From positions 1-33,051 of the IMG/VR virus record IMGVR_UViG_3300016265_001126: a DNA stretch of 33,051 nucleotides; one strand, 5' to 3'. This DNA comes from a virus (taxonomy: Duplodnaviria > Caudoviricetes). Both the position numbers and the translations under genes were made by a program. Under the pieces are notes generated by a model, which worked only from the letters and a program-made list of their open reading frames with translations, did no database searches and was not told the origin of the DNA. Each line of letters starts with the position of its first letter. The first letter of the stretch is position 1. Shown here piece after piece: positions 8,398 through 16,385 of this stretch.

Positions 8398-9828
8398 TTA
8401 TTTTATCCACGCTGGGAGCGTCGGTTTGATTGTTTTGATTTGGCGTTCAAGTTTTATTGCGTTTCCCATGTGCTTCACAAGCTCCTCAAACATTTTGTCA
8501 GCCTGTTGAGCCTTTCGCATCATGTTGTCGCGGACTCGCTGCTCTCCCTCGCTAGCGATAATGTCCACGGTAACGGGTTTCTTTTGCCCGAAACGCCAGC
8601 AACGGCGGGTTAATTGGTAGTATTGCTCGTAAGAGTGCGAAGCAAAAGTCACAACGTGATTGCAAAATTGCCAGTTTAACCCCCACGCTCCGATTTTTGG
8701 CTTCACAATGAGAACCCGCTTTTCCTGCGCTTGAAACGCCGCGTAAGCCTCTTCTTTCTCGTCGTCATCCATCGCGCCTTTCACTTGCACGCTGTCTGGA
8801 ATCATCTTTTCCAAAAGGTCGCCTTCGTTATTCATGTGGCACCATACAACGGCAGGCTTTGAATGATTCACGAGATCCGCCGCCATACGGCAACGCTCGT
8901 TTATAGTGCGCCTGCGCTCGTCCCGTTCTTCCGCTAGTCCGAAGGCTGGCATTGTGAAAAGCATTCCTTCCGGTGGGGTTGTCGGCTTCACTACGTGCTC
9001 GCGTTCGATAAGGTCTGGGAGAACGTATCCGGCATCTGAGAAGCCAAGGTCAGAAGGTTTTCGGCAAGCTCGCGCCCAACTGCAAACCCAACGCCAGAAA
9101 TGATCATGCGCGTGGCCTTTTAGTCTCCAGCCGTTAATCGCCTGAGAAACACGAAACGAGATTTTCCCGAAGTGGTTCGCCTGCTTTTCAAGGTTGTCGA
9201 TTTTCTTCTCGTATTGGTCCGTTGTCTTTTGGTCCATCTGCTTGAAGAAACGGGAAAGCATTTCGGAATTGTTCAAGCTCCCTAAAGCCTCTGATGACGT
9301 GCCAAGCTCCGTGAAGTCATTAGGCGCGGCTGTAGCTGTCCACAGTGAGCGGTAAGGCAGTTTAGACATAAACCGCGTAACGGCCTTTTGCGTTGCTCCT
9401 GTCGCGTGCTTAATGATACTGCTTTCATCGCACGCAACTCCGGCAAAATCTTTCGGGTCAAACAAGTGAAGCTTCTCGTAGTTTGTCACCGTGATTTTTC
9501 CTGCCGGTTTCCCGTCGCGTGAACGTGCCGCGTGAAGCCCAAACTTCAAAGCCTCTGCAACCGTCTGCGCTCCGACCGCCAGCGGAGTAAGAATCAAAAC
9601 GTTCCCGTTTGTTTTCTCAACTACGTTCTGGCACCATACAAGTTGCATGGCTGTTTTACCTAGTCCGCAGTCCGCGAAGATTGCCGCTCGCCCTTTGCTG
9701 ATTGCCCACTCCAATAAAGCCCGCTGAAAAGGGAAAAGGAAATCCGGCAGAAATGACGGGTTGAATCCAAACTCTCCGCCGAGTTGAGATTTTTGGTGTA
9801 AGAACTGTTCGTATGTTTCTGTATTCAT
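8398..9828 (-). CDS. SNF2-like superfamily 2 helicase
   Basis: ADCGLGKT, DESS, TATAAPN, C-terminal QLTRRCWRFGQ; start at MNTET after AACAGAAAAAC. Confidence 0.9.
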   Translation of the reverse strand: MNTETYEQFLHQKSQLGGEFGFNPSFLPDFLFPFQRALLEWAISKGRAAIFADCGLGKTAMQLVWCQNVVEKTNGNVLILTPLAVGAQTVAEALKFGLHAARSRDGKPAGKITVTNYEKLHLFDPKDFAGVACDESSIIKHATGATQKAVTRFMSKLPYRSLWTATAAPNDFTELGTSSEALGSLNNSEMLSRFFKQMDQKTTDQYEKKIDNLEKQANHFGKISFRVSQAINGWRLKGHAHDHFWRWVCSWARACRKPSDLGFSDAGYVLPDLIEREHVVKPTTPPEGMLFTMPAFGLAEERDERRRTINERCRMAADLVNHSKPAVVWCHMNNEGDLLEKMIPDSVQVKGAMDDDEKEEAYAAFQAQEKRVLIVKPKIGAWGLNWQFCNHVVTFASHSYEQYYQLTRRCWRFGQKKPVTVDIIASEGEQRVRDNMMRKAQQADKMFEELVKHMGNAIKLERQIKTIKPTLPAWIK

Positions 9829-9956
9829 GTTTTTCTGTTTTAGAGTATCACCGCCGCATTCCACAGGTCTGCGGATCGTCGCAAGTCTCTTTCAAACCCT
9901 AGCGAAAGTTATTTCACATTGTTTGCCATGCGCGACTGGCGTTTTGCCACGGTAAA

Positions 9957-10202
9957 TTAGTTGATTGCGTATTTTGATTCTCCAAGAATCCTCAGCATTT
10001 CGGCTGCAATTTCGCCGTCTGTTCCATCATTACAAAACGTGATTGATGCTCGTTTGATGATGTCTCTAAGCTTCGCGACTTTATCGCGTTCTGCTTCCAA
10101 TTCGGTTTCGAGTTGCCGCGCAAATGAAGCCGGAACATGGCCTTGCGCAACGTAATCGCCCTCGTGGAGGTAGCATTCCGCGTCTGTTCTTGATGTGCTC
10201 AT
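9957..10202 (-). CDS. Hypothetical protein (MSTSRTDA...FARQLETEL)
   Basis: Start moved so that it follows the 10204 stop; coiled-coil C terminus. Confidence 0.65.
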   Translation of the reverse strand: MSTSRTDAECYLHEGDYVAQGHVPASFARQLETELEAERDKVAKLRDIIKRASITFCNDGTDGEIAAEMLRILGESKYAIN

Positions 10203-10203
10203 G

Positions 10204-10482
10204 TTATTTTGTGCGTTTTGAAAGATGCGGTTCCGTCGGCTTGTAAATCGTGTCGCCATCAGCAAAAAGCGCGTATTGCTCCGTATCTTGATCTTGCGGA
10301 AGTTCAATTCCTTTGACGATAGCGCAATAATCGGAATGTTCCGTAATCTGTTGCGCCATCCGGTTTGCTCGTTCAACATCTCCGGTTCGCCACGGTGCTT
10401 TGGTTGCTGACACGTGCAAAGTCCAAGTCCACGAACCGGGCGGGCGAACGAAGATAAAGTAGTGTATTGGTGTTGGTTTCAT
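10204..10482 (-). CDS. Hypothetical protein
   Basis: 92-aa ORF tightly packed in the operon. Confidence 0.7.
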   Translation of the reverse strand: MKPTPIHYFIFVRPPGSWTWTLHVSATKAPWRTGDVERANRMAQQITEHSDYCAIVKGIELPQDQDTEQYALFADGDTIYKPTEPHLSKRTK

Positions 10483-10485
10483 TTG

Positions 10486-11601
10486 TTATTTCAGTTTCTG
10501 AACCGGCTGTTGCTGTTCTGCTGTTTCGATTAGCTCGCTGAAAAGCTGCTCAAAGTGGTCGAAAGCCTGCTTGCCTTTTAGTTCGGAAAGTTTGGCGTGC
10601 AGTTCCTGCAACTTAGAAACTGAGATTTTGCAGCATCTGGCAAGCTCAATCGTCTCGAAAGAATCAAAGTGCGCTGCGAGCGTTGCGCCGATTAGCGGGA
10701 TTTTATCCGGTGAAATCTCGCGGCTTTTCTTCGCCTTACCGAGTCCCCATCCTTCCGCCCATCCGTTGCCGTTTTTCCGGATTCCGTCCTTTAGTTCCGC
10801 AATGCTCTTCTCTGCTATCTTTGCTATCATCGTTAGCTTGTCGAGCCAATCGGCACGTTCGGAAGGTGAAGCCGTATCAATGTCGAATTGAGCCGTTCCG
10901 AGCGTCACAAGTGCCTTTTGCGACTCGGGGCAACGTGACGTTCCTGCGGCCTTGCAAAACTGGCATTGCTTCAAGCCCGGAATGCGCGGCGAGGTTGGCA
11001 GGTTTGACTTCAAAACCCGCTCGTTCATTTCGCGGTAGGCTCGCATCAGGTCCTTTTCGGAATAGCGGACAAGTTTTACATCCTCTACCTTCCAAGCTAC
11101 GTTTGGCTGGTTAATAAACGCCGTCACGCTTTGGACTCCATAATTGCAATAAATCAAAGCGGCAAGGTCGCGAAGCTGCTCGTTCTCATCCGCGTCGTCA
11201 TGTTCCCCGTAAAGGCTCTTCAAGTCCTCTAGAAGCGCGTGTTTTCCGTTCTCCGCGTCAACTGTCCAGAAAGCATCTGCCTGCCCGCTATGGTCCTCTA
11301 CGTAGTTCCAAAGGCGTTTCTCGCGGTGGCACTCTGCCGGACCTTTCACGTCTATTCCACAAATCCAGTTGCCGAGGATGATTGACTCTATTTCTTTTGC
11401 TCGCCGTAATGTTTTAGCGCTTTCGCTATCAAGAACGGTTTCCGGCTTTTCTCCAGCAAATACCGAGTGAATCAGCGTCCCTTGGCTTGCCTCTGCACTT
11501 TCGGTCTCTTCCATCCCACGTTGCGCCAAGTGCCTGCCGGGGCAAAGCCTGTCTGACGCTGCATTTGAAGCGGAGGTGTGTCCGCGTCGTTCGTCGGTCA
11601 T
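10486..11601 (-). CDS. Cas4-like/DUF2800-type PD-(D/E)xK exonuclease, likely RecT partner
   Basis: SAS..LCPG, GTLIH, GQAD..EDLKS, QL, CQFCK..RCP Fe-S cysteines. Confidence 0.82.
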   Translation of the reverse strand: MTDERRGHTSASNAASDRLCPGRHLAQRGMEETESAEASQGTLIHSVFAGEKPETVLDSESAKTLRRAKEIESIILGNWICGIDVKGPAECHREKRLWNYVEDHSGQADAFWTVDAENGKHALLEDLKSLYGEHDDADENEQLRDLAALIYCNYGVQSVTAFINQPNVAWKVEDVKLVRYSEKDLMRAYREMNERVLKSNLPTSPRIPGLKQCQFCKAAGTSRCPESQKALVTLGTAQFDIDTASPSERADWLDKLTMIAKIAEKSIAELKDGIRKNGNGWAEGWGLGKAKKSREISPDKIPLIGATLAAHFDSFETIELARCCKISVSKLQELHAKLSELKGKQAFDHFEQLFSELIETAEQQQPVQKLK

Positions 11602-11810
11602 ACCAGTCCCTCCCATGCGGTGATGATTTCACTAGCGAGAATCTCATCAAAAACAATCAGAGCGTTATCAATCGCCGCAATCGTAGCTTTCCAGCCAGCC
11701 TCTGCTGCGCCTGTCTCTTTACCTAGGCATACCGTTCCATATTTTTTGGAATCTTCCAAAAGTTCAACGCACTTCTCCCTGATTTTAGTTAGTTTCTGTT
11801 CTGTGTTCAT
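11598..11810 (-). CDS. Hypothetical protein
   Basis: ATGA overlaps at both ends. Confidence 0.7.
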   Translation of the reverse strand: MNTEQKLTKIREKCVELLEDSKKYGTVCLGKETGAAEAGWKATIAAIDNALIVFDEILASEIITAWEGLV

Positions 11811-12025
11811 GCTGTCCTCCATACTCGCAATTCTGTTCTAGAAATTGCACGAATAGTTACTTTGATTCCGATCCTCTTGGCCGGAATATAAATATCGCAA
11901 TGTCTTGCTGTTATTGCGATAGAGTCTCCAATCTGCATTTTTCTGAGTGTTTCTGTAATCCCTGTCTTATTGCGTATTGTTGGGATTTCGATTCCCTTTT
12001 CGATCTGTATGTTTTCTGAGTTCAT
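11807..12025 (-). CDS. Small basic putative DNA-binding protein
   Basis: IEKGIEIP...MQIGDSI...LRVWR, a common phage pattern. Confidence 0.75.
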   Translation of the reverse strand: MNSENIQIEKGIEIPTIRNKTGITETLRKMQIGDSIAITARHCDIYIPAKRIGIKVTIRAISRTELRVWRTA

Positions 12026-12045
12026 TTGGTTTTCTGTTAAACTTT

Positions 12046-12216
12046 GTGCAGTTCTCTCCTGCTGTCACGCCCTTTGCTTACGGTTGCGACCCGTTATGAC
12101 TGGATGACGTTCCCAATGTGTATTGCAGCCGAGCAAGTTGCCGGAACTTTCCAGCGTTCGCGCTTGCTCGTTTATCCCGAAGATTCCGGTTTATTCCCGC
12201 GAAGGAACTGCAAAAT
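12046..12216 (-). ncRNA. Putative structured RNA downstream of recT
   Basis: Nested stems UUGCAGUU/GGCUGCAA, CGAGCAAG/CUUGCUCG, ACGG/CCGU, GCAG/CUGC in a 190-nt gap. Confidence 0.6.
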
Positions 12217-12219
12217 TTG

Positions 12220-13020
12220 TTACATCAAATCGTGGTCCGCAAGTTCCGGCTCCGGTTCTCTAGGTGATTCGGTTGCCTCAATCGCTTTCTGTTCTCCAAA
12301 AATTGAGCTTGCAATTTGCTTTTCCGTGAACTTCGGAGCAAATACCTGCGTCAGTGAGTATTCCTCTTTCGCCTCGGTATCAAGTGCCGCCGACTGTTCC
12401 GGCGACAACGGCCAGCGTTTCGACATGCGACGGAGAACGGTCTTTTTCCCCATCTCCGCGTAATCCGTTACCCAAGGTCCAGAACCGCTCGCTTTGCTGC
12501 GTTTGCGGATCGCGTCAACTTCTGCCCGCGTCATAACCTCAACGTCCGTGTTTCCGTCGCGAATGCAGGTTGCTGCGAATGCGACAAGCTCGCCACGGTC
12601 TCCGAGGAAATTCGGCTGCCACTTGAAGGTGACGCTTGCGCCGTCCATGCCGTATTCAAAAACGTCATTTTTATGGACTGCGATTGCCCGAATGTTTTGC
12701 ACTCCGTTGCGTTCGGCAATTTGAACAAGCCCCTTGTAGTCGAAGATGACCTGCACGTTGTTCCCGTAAGGAATCAAATGCGCGCTCCGACCGTCTGGCA
12801 ATAGTCCGGCCTGAGCGCACAACATAAGAGCGTTTAAGAGACTCGCTGGCGTGCATTCCGCTAGCTTCGGGACTCGGGCAATCGTTCCAACCATTACGCG
12901 AGTCATTTGCTCTGCGGTGAGATATTTTGGCAGAACCTCCGCGATTTTACCGCGCATTTCGTCTGACGTAATAAGGCTGCGGATATCCTGCTTCTGTGCT
13001 TTTTGTAGTTCGTTGCTCAT
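12220..13020 (-). CDS. recT: RecT/Redbeta single-strand annealing protein
   Basis: CTPASLLNAL..AQAGL..AHLIPYG..YKGL..GPWVTDYAEMGKKTVLRRMSKRWP. Confidence 0.95.
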   Translation of the reverse strand: MSNELQKAQKQDIRSLITSDEMRGKIAEVLPKYLTAEQMTRVMVGTIARVPKLAECTPASLLNALMLCAQAGLLPDGRSAHLIPYGNNVQVIFDYKGLVQIAERNGVQNIRAIAVHKNDVFEYGMDGASVTFKWQPNFLGDRGELVAFAATCIRDGNTDVEVMTRAEVDAIRKRSKASGSGPWVTDYAEMGKKTVLRRMSKRWPLSPEQSAALDTEAKEEYSLTQVFAPKFTEKQIASSIFGEQKAIEATESPREPEPELADHDLM

Positions 13021-13169
13021 TTCGTCTCCTTTCTGTTTTCGAGAATGTAGGCAATATGCGCCGATAGAGAGCGCATCCAGTTCTTCGCCTCGTGCCGCAG
13101 TTGTTTTTTGAGTGTTGGCTTGAGATGAACCGCTGTCATCTCTCGCTTTTCTTTTTTTGGTGTTGTCAT
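13017..13169 (-). CDS. Arc-like ribbon-helix-helix regulator (50 aa)
   Basis: Hand-translated MTTPKKEKREMTAVHLKPTLKKQLRHEAKNWMRSLSAHIAYILENRKETK; beta-helix-RS-helix pattern; stop overlaps the recT ATG. Confidence 0.8.
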   Translation of the reverse strand: MTTPKKEKREMTAVHLKPTLKKQLRHEAKNWMRSLSAHIAYILENRKETK

Positions 13170-13180
13170 GTTGTTAAAGT

Positions 13181-13280
13181 GTCCCGCAACCCCATCGGCA
13201 TTTCAGAGCCTGATTACTCATTGGAGCCGAGTGATAGTCAGTTGCGGGTTGCCTTTCGGCTGTGTCATCCTCTCGGAAGA
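13181..13280 (-). ncRNA. Putative structured RNA unit A
   Basis: CC-GAGA-GG and GCC-GAAA-GGC tetraloop hairpins, CCCGCAAC/GUUGCGGG closing a branched domain. Confidence 0.6.
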
Positions 13281-13290
13281 TTGTTAAAGT

Positions 13291-13408
13291 GGTGAGCGCA
13301 CCGCACTTATCAGTTGATTGTTTCCATCCGGTCTCTGTAGTTTGTGGCCCTCCGGCTTTGTTGCAATCAATGATAAACACGTTAGCTAGACGCGACGGTG
13401 CGCTCAAA
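13291..13408 (-). ncRNA. Putative structured RNA unit B (long irregular hairpin)
   Basis: GAGCGCACCG/CGGUGCGCUC, UUAUCA-UUGAUUG/CAAUCAA-C-UGAUAA, CCGG/CCGG nested stems. Confidence 0.6.
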
Positions 13409-13411
13409 TTG

Positions 13412-13642
13412 TTAAAGTTCCCCGAGTGCCTTAGCGATGCAGTAAATCGCATACCAGAGCACGGCGTTAAAGGCGAGGACGCAAACGCATCCGAGTCCGC
13501 GAGCTTGCAACTGTTCTTTCCGCTCGAGTTCAAGTTCCGCGTCGCGGTGCTTAAGCGCGTCAAGGTATGCAAGGGCTTTCTTGTTTCGTTCGTGACGCTC
13601 ATTTGCTGAGCTATCGTGGATTGAGTCTGATTCGGTGTTCAT
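13412..13642 (-). CDS. Small protein with C-terminal transmembrane helix
   Basis: GLGCVCVLAFNAVLWYAIYCIA. Confidence 0.7.
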   Translation of the reverse strand: MNTESDSIHDSSANERHERNKKALAYLDALKHRDAELELERKEQLQARGLGCVCVLAFNAVLWYAIYCIAKALGEL

Positions 13643-13646
13643 GTGG

Positions 13647-13811
13647 TTATCCGATGAAGTTTACTGAGAGGACTTCATGTCCGGCCTGCTTTGCGCGTTT
13701 AGCGGCTTGCGAGCGCGTGTCAGCGTCAACGCTCACATAGCCGTCTTTCGTTTCAATTTCGTATGAATGCTTCGCGGTGCGGTCTGCAATTCGGGCGTGT
13801 TCTTTTTTCAT
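13647..13811 (-). CDS. First early protein, hypothetical (54 aa)
   Basis: ATG after the AACAGAAAAATAGAACAGAAC leader. Confidence 0.65.
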   Translation of the reverse strand: MKKEHARIADRTAKHSYEIETKDGYVSVDADTRSQAAKRAKQAGHEVLSVNFIG

Positions 13812-13865
13812 GTTTTCGATGTTCTGTTCTATTTTTCTGTTCGCCAGCTTTGTTGCTGACGGTTG

Positions 13866-13920
13866 AGATAAAAGCAGGCCCGCAAAAAATACGCAACAAC
13901 TATTTTCAAATTTTTTCAAA
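13866..13920 (-). promoter_or_regulatory. Putative early promoter for the recombination/replication arm
   Basis: A-rich tract, TTGCGT-N17-TTTTAT; shares 14 bp with 476-489. Confidence 0.55.
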
Positions 13921-13969
13921 GTGACGAAAAAAGAGCGAAAAAGGGGATTGACTTTCCGGATGGAAAATA

Positions 13970-14533
13970 TCAGCGCGTGGCCTGCGCGTGCATCGCGTCG
14001 CGTCCCCAAAATGCGCCTGCGGAAATCCATCCTTCACGCGCAAAACACTCCATGACACAGAGCGGCATATCGCTCGCAACCGGCCATGCTGCATGATTCC
14101 CGTTCGTTTCCGGCGCAAGGTCAATGGCTGCTCCGCGTGCGTGTAATGACGGCAGCAAGCCTCCTCGCATCGGTCGGTTATTATAGACGCCTGCATACTC
14201 GCGAAGAATCAACGGCGCGACTTCAAACACGGCGACAAGGATGCGCGAAAGACTGTCAGCAACTCGCTCGTGGCATAGAATCGTTGAAACGTTGCGCCCT
14301 TCGTATTGCACCGTGACGCCTGCTGGAACTGGCATTTTTACAAGCCTCGTCTCGTCTCCTGCTTTGCCGTAAAACTTCGTGAGAGCTTCTTGCGACGTAT
14401 CCGGCCACGGGTTGGATTGTGGCATCATTCCGCGTAAATGCGCTTGCACTGCGCGAATGCTTTTTGGTCCCCAGAATCCATCTGGTTCGGCTCCGATGCG
14501 TCTCTGAATCGCTTTGATTTGTTCCGTATTCAT
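13970..14533 (-). CDS. Endolysin: PG-binding segment plus M15 zinc peptidase
   Basis: IQRRIGAEPDGFWGPKS; R..SLHARGAAIDL..DAMH. Confidence 0.92.
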   Translation of the reverse strand: MNTEQIKAIQRRIGAEPDGFWGPKSIRAVQAHLRGMMPQSNPWPDTSQEALTKFYGKAGDETRLVKMPVPAGVTVQYEGRNVSTILCHERVADSLSRILVAVFEVAPLILREYAGVYNNRPMRGGLLPSLHARGAAIDLAPETNGNHAAWPVASDMPLCVMECFAREGWISAGAFWGRDAMHAQATR

Positions 14534-14658
14534 GGCAGCGGCGTAGCCTTAATTTGCACACTTGGCGAGACGGTGACAATGCAGGTTTTCGCGTGAATCG
14601 TTGCGCGTGTGACGCAACTGGAAAGCATAGCGGCGAATAGAACAAATATGAGCTTCAT
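14530..14658 (-). CDS. Small lipoprotein, candidate spanin (42 aa)
   Basis: Hand-translated MKLIFVLFAAMLSSCVTRATIHAKTCIVTVSPSVQIKATPLP; LSSC lipobox; ATGA overlaps on both sides. Confidence 0.7.
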   Translation of the reverse strand: MKLIFVLFAAMLSSCVTRATIHAKTCIVTVSPSVQIKATPLP

Positions 14659-15074
14659 ACAAAAGCGAGTAAAGCCCGTGTCATCCTCTCGGTTTCTCCG
14701 GTCGCGTCAGAGTATCGCGTCTGCGCTAGTTGAGCGTCCGCTAATGCCTCGCGAATGTGCCCGGAGTGGAATGGTTTTCTAAGGACTGAATCGACGGCAT
14801 ATTTCGCGTTGCCAATATCTGAGGAATGTCCGGTCATTAGAACGAATGCAGCATCGCCCGCGAGCCTTCGCAGCATTGGCATCATCTCAAAAGTCTTTTC
14901 AGCCGTGGAATCCGGCAATTTCAAATCCAGAAACACAACGTCATATTCATGCTCCTGCAACGCCTTTATTGCTGCGCTCATCGAGTGAACGCATTTTTTT
15001 GCGTAGCCGATTAATACCGTGGAAATGGAAGCGGTTGCGCCAACGTCATCGTCGATAATGAGTGCAGACTTCAT
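14655..15074 (-). CDS. Single-domain response regulator (CheY-like receiver)
   Basis: LIIDDD, VVFLDLKLPD, LMTG, LRKPF. Confidence 0.92.
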   Translation of the reverse strand: MKSALIIDDDVGATASISTVLIGYAKKCVHSMSAAIKALQEHEYDVVFLDLKLPDSTAEKTFEMMPMLRRLAGDAAFVLMTGHSSDIGNAKYAVDSVLRKPFHSGHIREALADAQLAQTRYSDATGETERMTRALLAFV

Positions 15075-15373
15075 TGGGATGCGACTCTCTCCGCAGTCCG
15101 GATTGCTTCGATTCTTTTGCTCGCAAGGTCTGCCATCACGCGGGCGGCATCCTCATTGTTAATGTTCTTGTAAACCAACGCAATGATTGCATCCGCCAAG
15201 CATCCGAGCATCTGCTGCGACGCCTGCTGTTCTTTCATGCGCTCATCATGGAAACGCTTATCTTGTTCCAATTTCAAGCTGCAATACCATTTTCCGAAAG
15301 CCAAGGCAGCAATAAGGAAAACAAGTGGCCAGCCGCCTTTTTCCCATGCTTGGTAAAGTTGAGTCGGTTCCAT
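15071..15373 (-). CDS. Holin-like membrane protein
   Basis: One N-terminal TM helix plus coiled coil, at the head of the lysis cassette. Confidence 0.55.
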   Translation of the reverse strand: MEPTQLYQAWEKGGWPLVFLIAALAFGKWYCSLKLEQDKRFHDERMKEQQASQQMLGCLADAIIALVYKNINNEDAARVMADLASKRIEAIRTAERVASQ

Positions 15374-15376
15374 CGG

Positions 15377-16384
15377 TTACCTTGAAACTACTGCGCGAAG
15401 TTTTATTGCGTCGAGGATGAATGACTTTGCCGCTGCCGTCGCGTCGTTTCCGATGATGCCGCAAATGTAGCGCGTAATTCCCCCGACGCTGTTTGTGTTT
15501 GTAACAGTGACCTCATTTCCAAACGCGCCTCCGCTCGTGTTCATGCTCATTTTGTATTCGAGATTGGTGCCTGTGTTTCTGATTCTAAGCGTGTGCCAGT
15601 TTGTATCCGCTGCGACACCGAGGCTTGTCGCCGTCTCTGCCCCTCCATCTTTTACTACGGCCATGAAGTTAGTGTCGCCGCTGCTTGTGTCGTAGCGCAA
15701 ATACTCGCCGCGCCCCGGAGATACGGCAGAGTAGTCATTCATCACTCCAATGCGAAAACGAGTTACCGTTGTCTGGTTTAGCTTGAACGTAATTCTGACC
15801 TCAAACTGAATCGGCGTAGAAGCGTCAACAAAAACAAACGGCGAGAGCGCGCTGCCTCCGACATAGAGCGAAGATGCATTCCCTGATGCCGCCGCGCATG
15901 CGGTTTGATACTGCCCCGGATTGTTCAGCGTTCCGGCGATGTAAGCGTAAGAACCGCTGCCACTGATTGCGCCCTGCCGCCATCCGAGCATTCCAATTTG
16001 GCCGTCAGCATTATTGCCGCCGATGAAATCCTCCTCGAGAACAACAATGTTTTGCGAGACGAATAAGTCCGTCACGGACGCGATAAGGTTCGCTGATGTT
16101 GGAGTTGCGAGAAGCGTGCCGACGCCAGTGCCAAGTCCGGAAACGCCGGTGGAGATTGGCAGTCCGGTGCAGCTTGTCAGAGTCCCGCTTGATGGTGTTC
16201 CCAAAATCGGAGTTGTCAGCGTCGGACTTGTGAGCGTTTTGTTCGTAAGCGTCTGCGAACCTGTCAGCGTCACAAAAGCCGAGGGCATCGTGATTGTTGC
16301 AGCGGAAAGGTTTATAGTCCCGCCCGTCGCAGTGCCGTCAAGCGTTCCCTGAATCAGTCCGTTTTTTATAGGAAATTGAGCCAT
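15377..16384 (-). CDS. Tail fibre / receptor-binding protein
   Basis: QTLTNKTLTSPTLTTP..LGTPSSGTLTSCTGLP shaft motif, beta-sandwich-like C terminus. Confidence 0.8.
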   Translation of the reverse strand: MAQFPIKNGLIQGTLDGTATGGTINLSAATITMPSAFVTLTGSQTLTNKTLTSPTLTTPILGTPSSGTLTSCTGLPISTGVSGLGTGVGTLLATPTSANLIASVTDLFVSQNIVVLEEDFIGGNNADGQIGMLGWRQGAISGSGSYAYIAGTLNNPGQYQTACAAASGNASSLYVGGSALSPFVFVDASTPIQFEVRITFKLNQTTVTRFRIGVMNDYSAVSPGRGEYLRYDTSSGDTNFMAVVKDGGAETATSLGVAADTNWHTLRIRNTGTNLEYKMSMNTSGGAFGNEVTVTNTNSVGGITRYICGIIGNDATAAAKSFILDAIKLRAVVSR

Positions 16385-16385
16385 G

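Noticed and set aside
10486-11601. Cas4 as evidence of a CRISPR system
   Set aside because: Solo Cas4-like nucleases near recT are ordinary phage recombination exonucleases
13181-13280. tRNA, hammerhead or SAM riboswitch
   Set aside because: No T-loop or CCA, no CUGANGA core, no matching riboswitch consensus by eye
13171-13418. CRISPR or TIGR-like array
   Set aside because: Repeats are only 10 bp, spacers exceed 100 nt and are self-structured, and no Cas or Nop-domain protein is present
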